A stretch of 36,842 nt of DNA, taken from Candidatus Heimdallarchaeota archaeon. Lineage in GTDB: Archaea; Asgardarchaeota; Heimdallarchaeia; Heimdallarchaeales; Heimdallarchaeaceae. How positions within the stretch are numbered: position 1 is the stretch's first letter; every line of letters begins with the position of its first letter. Under the pieces are notes generated by a model. That model saw only the letters and a program-made list of their open reading frames with translations, did no database searches and had not been told where the DNA came from. Location of the stretch: the NCBI GenBank assembly GCA_021399345.1, contig JAAFKI010000005.1:1-36842 (forward strand). Reading direction: 5' to 3'. This document shows positions 35,422 to 36,842 of this stretch, piece by piece. A program made the translations under genes and the position numbers.

Positions 35422-36842
35422 ATGTCAAAAAAAGAAGAACCAGCAATTGAAATTAATGTACGAAAAAAGATTGGTTTTTCTTCACGCTTTAAAGAATTTG
35501 GAACAAAACAAGTTGAAAAAATAAAAGATACTTCCATTTCAGTTCAGAAGAAACTACAAAGAGGGGCTGGAAAATTTTGGATTTGGTTCAAAATCATAAG
35601 TAAGGAATTTTGGATCTTTCTGAATGAATATGTTTTTCACTACTATACTCCCATCGGATTCTTACTCTTGTTTGAATACTACATTTTTATTTGGCCTATT
35701 TTGAAATTTCTTAAAATCTTCTTCTATATAATTTACCCCCCCAGACTAAGAAGATACTCTGTTAAGAGACTGAAAACTTTTTGGCAAACTCTACATATCA
35801 AAGTATTCCCAGTATTGATGAAAATTTCGTTCATCATTCTAGCAGTTTTTTTCACACTAGTTACAGCTCTTGGAAAGCTAAGTTTGATATTATTTGATAT
35901 AATTGTTCCCAGAGGTTTAAGAGAATTAGTCCCACTGCTTCAGATGTACAGAAAATATGCTCTTACAGTTGCTAATTTTCTTTCTGGGAAAAAATTTAAA
36001 GAAATTATAGAAGTTTCGCAGGAATTAGACGAAATAGTTCTTAAAGAACGACAGATGATTAAAGCTTATCCAATCCGGAGAGGTGTTGGAGAGGTCATTA
36101 ATGTTGCGATAGGAACTCCAATAATTATTATTGTTATTCCAGCTGCTATAGGGAGAATTTATGGAATCGAGGGTTTAGATCTTATACAGGTTTTTCAGGA
36201 TTATATTGGAATAAAACCATTCTGGACCATTACTTTGTTTGGAACAGGTTTACTTGTAGTTTCTTGGGTTGCTACAATATTCGGACCTATTTATGCATTA
36301 TTTCACGAATGTAATGTTTATCTAATGAAATGGGGAGCATATCGATGGGCAAACATTTACAGAACCTTAGAAAACTTCTTTTCTTTACCATATCATGCAG
36401 CGAAATCATCCTTCTCATTTTTTGATGCTCCTCCTGTATCTACGGAAACGATGGTAGAATTCAGATTAGAAATAATGGAAGAAGTAGATTCTATGAAAGA
36501 AAAAGTTCAACAACTTCTTTCTCTTGATCCAAGGAATGTTCCAGAAAGGTCGAAAAATAACTTAGAAAAATTACTAAATGAAGCGGAATTATCATTAAAT
36601 GAGTTGGATATCTCAAAAATAACAAAACAAACAGGAAGGACTTTTGCATTGCTTATTTGGTCAAAGGAATCTTCGATTTTTCCATGGTTGAGACAGGAAG
36701 CTAAAGCAAGATTTGCAAAGAAAAATAATATGAGTCGAAAAGAAGTTGAAAAAGCGTTCAAAGTGATTTTTACAAAAATAGAGGAAGGGTATATTAGTTA
36801 CGATCTTTTTTCATCTGTTCTTATTACAGGAGCTCTTAAGGG
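35422..36842 (+). CDS. Uncharacterised multi-pass membrane protein, paralog B (3'-truncated; absent from ORF track)
   Basis: Manual translation gives 473 open codons from ATG 35422 (MSKKEEPAIE...) to the window end, with motifs shared with 19248-20975. Confidence 0.88.
   Translation, partial: MSKKEEPAIEINVRKKIGFSSRFKEFGTKQVEKIKDTSISVQKKLQRGAGKFWIWFKIISKEFWIFLNEYVFHYYTPIGFLLLFEYYIFIWPILKFLKIFFYIIYPPRLRRYSVKRLKTFWQTLHIKVFPVLMKISFIILAVFFTLVTALGKLSLILFDIIVPRGLRELVPLLQMYRKYALTVANFLSGKKFKEIIEVSQELDEIVLKERQMIKAYPIRRGVGEVINVAIGTPIIIIVIPAAIGRIYGIEGLDLIQVFQDYIGIKPFWTITLFGTGLLVVSWVATIFGPIYALFHECNVYLMKWGAYRWANIYRTLENFFSLPYHAAKSSFSFFDAPPVSTETMVEFRLEIMEEVDSMKEKVQQLLSLDPRNVPERSKNNLEKLLNEAELSLNELDISKITKQTGRTFALLIWSKESSIFPWLRQEAKARFAKKNNMSRKEVEKAFKVIFTKIEEGYISYDLFSSVLITGALK

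Noticed and set aside
3125-36761. Short antisense or overlapping ORFs in the track (e.g. 3125-3367, 4933-5259, 12776-13012, 21504-21788, 29236-29544, 36507-36761)
   Set aside because: Shadows of well-supported genes, with no motifs of their own.
1-36842. tRNA, rRNA, CRISPR array or provirus
   Set aside because: Intergenic gaps are short and AT-rich with no cloverleaf or repeat-spacer pattern; no integrase or virion genes recognised.

Overview
AT-rich, gene-dense archaeal window with TATA boxes, short or absent leaders and oligo-T terminators. It is most consistent with an Asgard (Heimdallarchaeia-like) genome, an inference from a longin+DENN-like protein, a membrane-anchored RING finger and a GOLD-like/zinc-ribbon membrane protein. 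The window opens with the 3' end of an IS200/IS605 tnpB and its structured right end, inserted into a decayed GNAT gene. Two tandem TldD/TldE operons flank the RING gene. These are followed by a stand-alone E2 acyltransferase domain, a glutaredoxin plus ferredoxin-thioredoxin reductase pair, an O-methyltransferase and an NAD-dependent DNA ligase. Further on are two orphan N6-adenine DNA methyltransferases, an FMN alpha-hydroxy acid oxidase, a DmpA peptidase, an orphan DppB permease and a DUF134/NifX/NifX/COG1149/COG1149 operon with a palindromic operator. The last third holds a lipase, a PhoU-TrkA_C tandem protein, an MFS transporter, a three-gene wHTH module with its own operator, an M19 dipeptidase, a QW-repeat protein, a bacterial-type RNase III and a catalytically dead archaemetzincin. 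The most novel signal is a pair of paralogous, unannotatable multi-pass membrane proteins (19248-20975 and 35422 to the window end, the latter missing from the ORF track) that share long invariant motifs. No rRNA, tRNA or CRISPR array was seen. All calls are by eye from motifs; no database searches were run.
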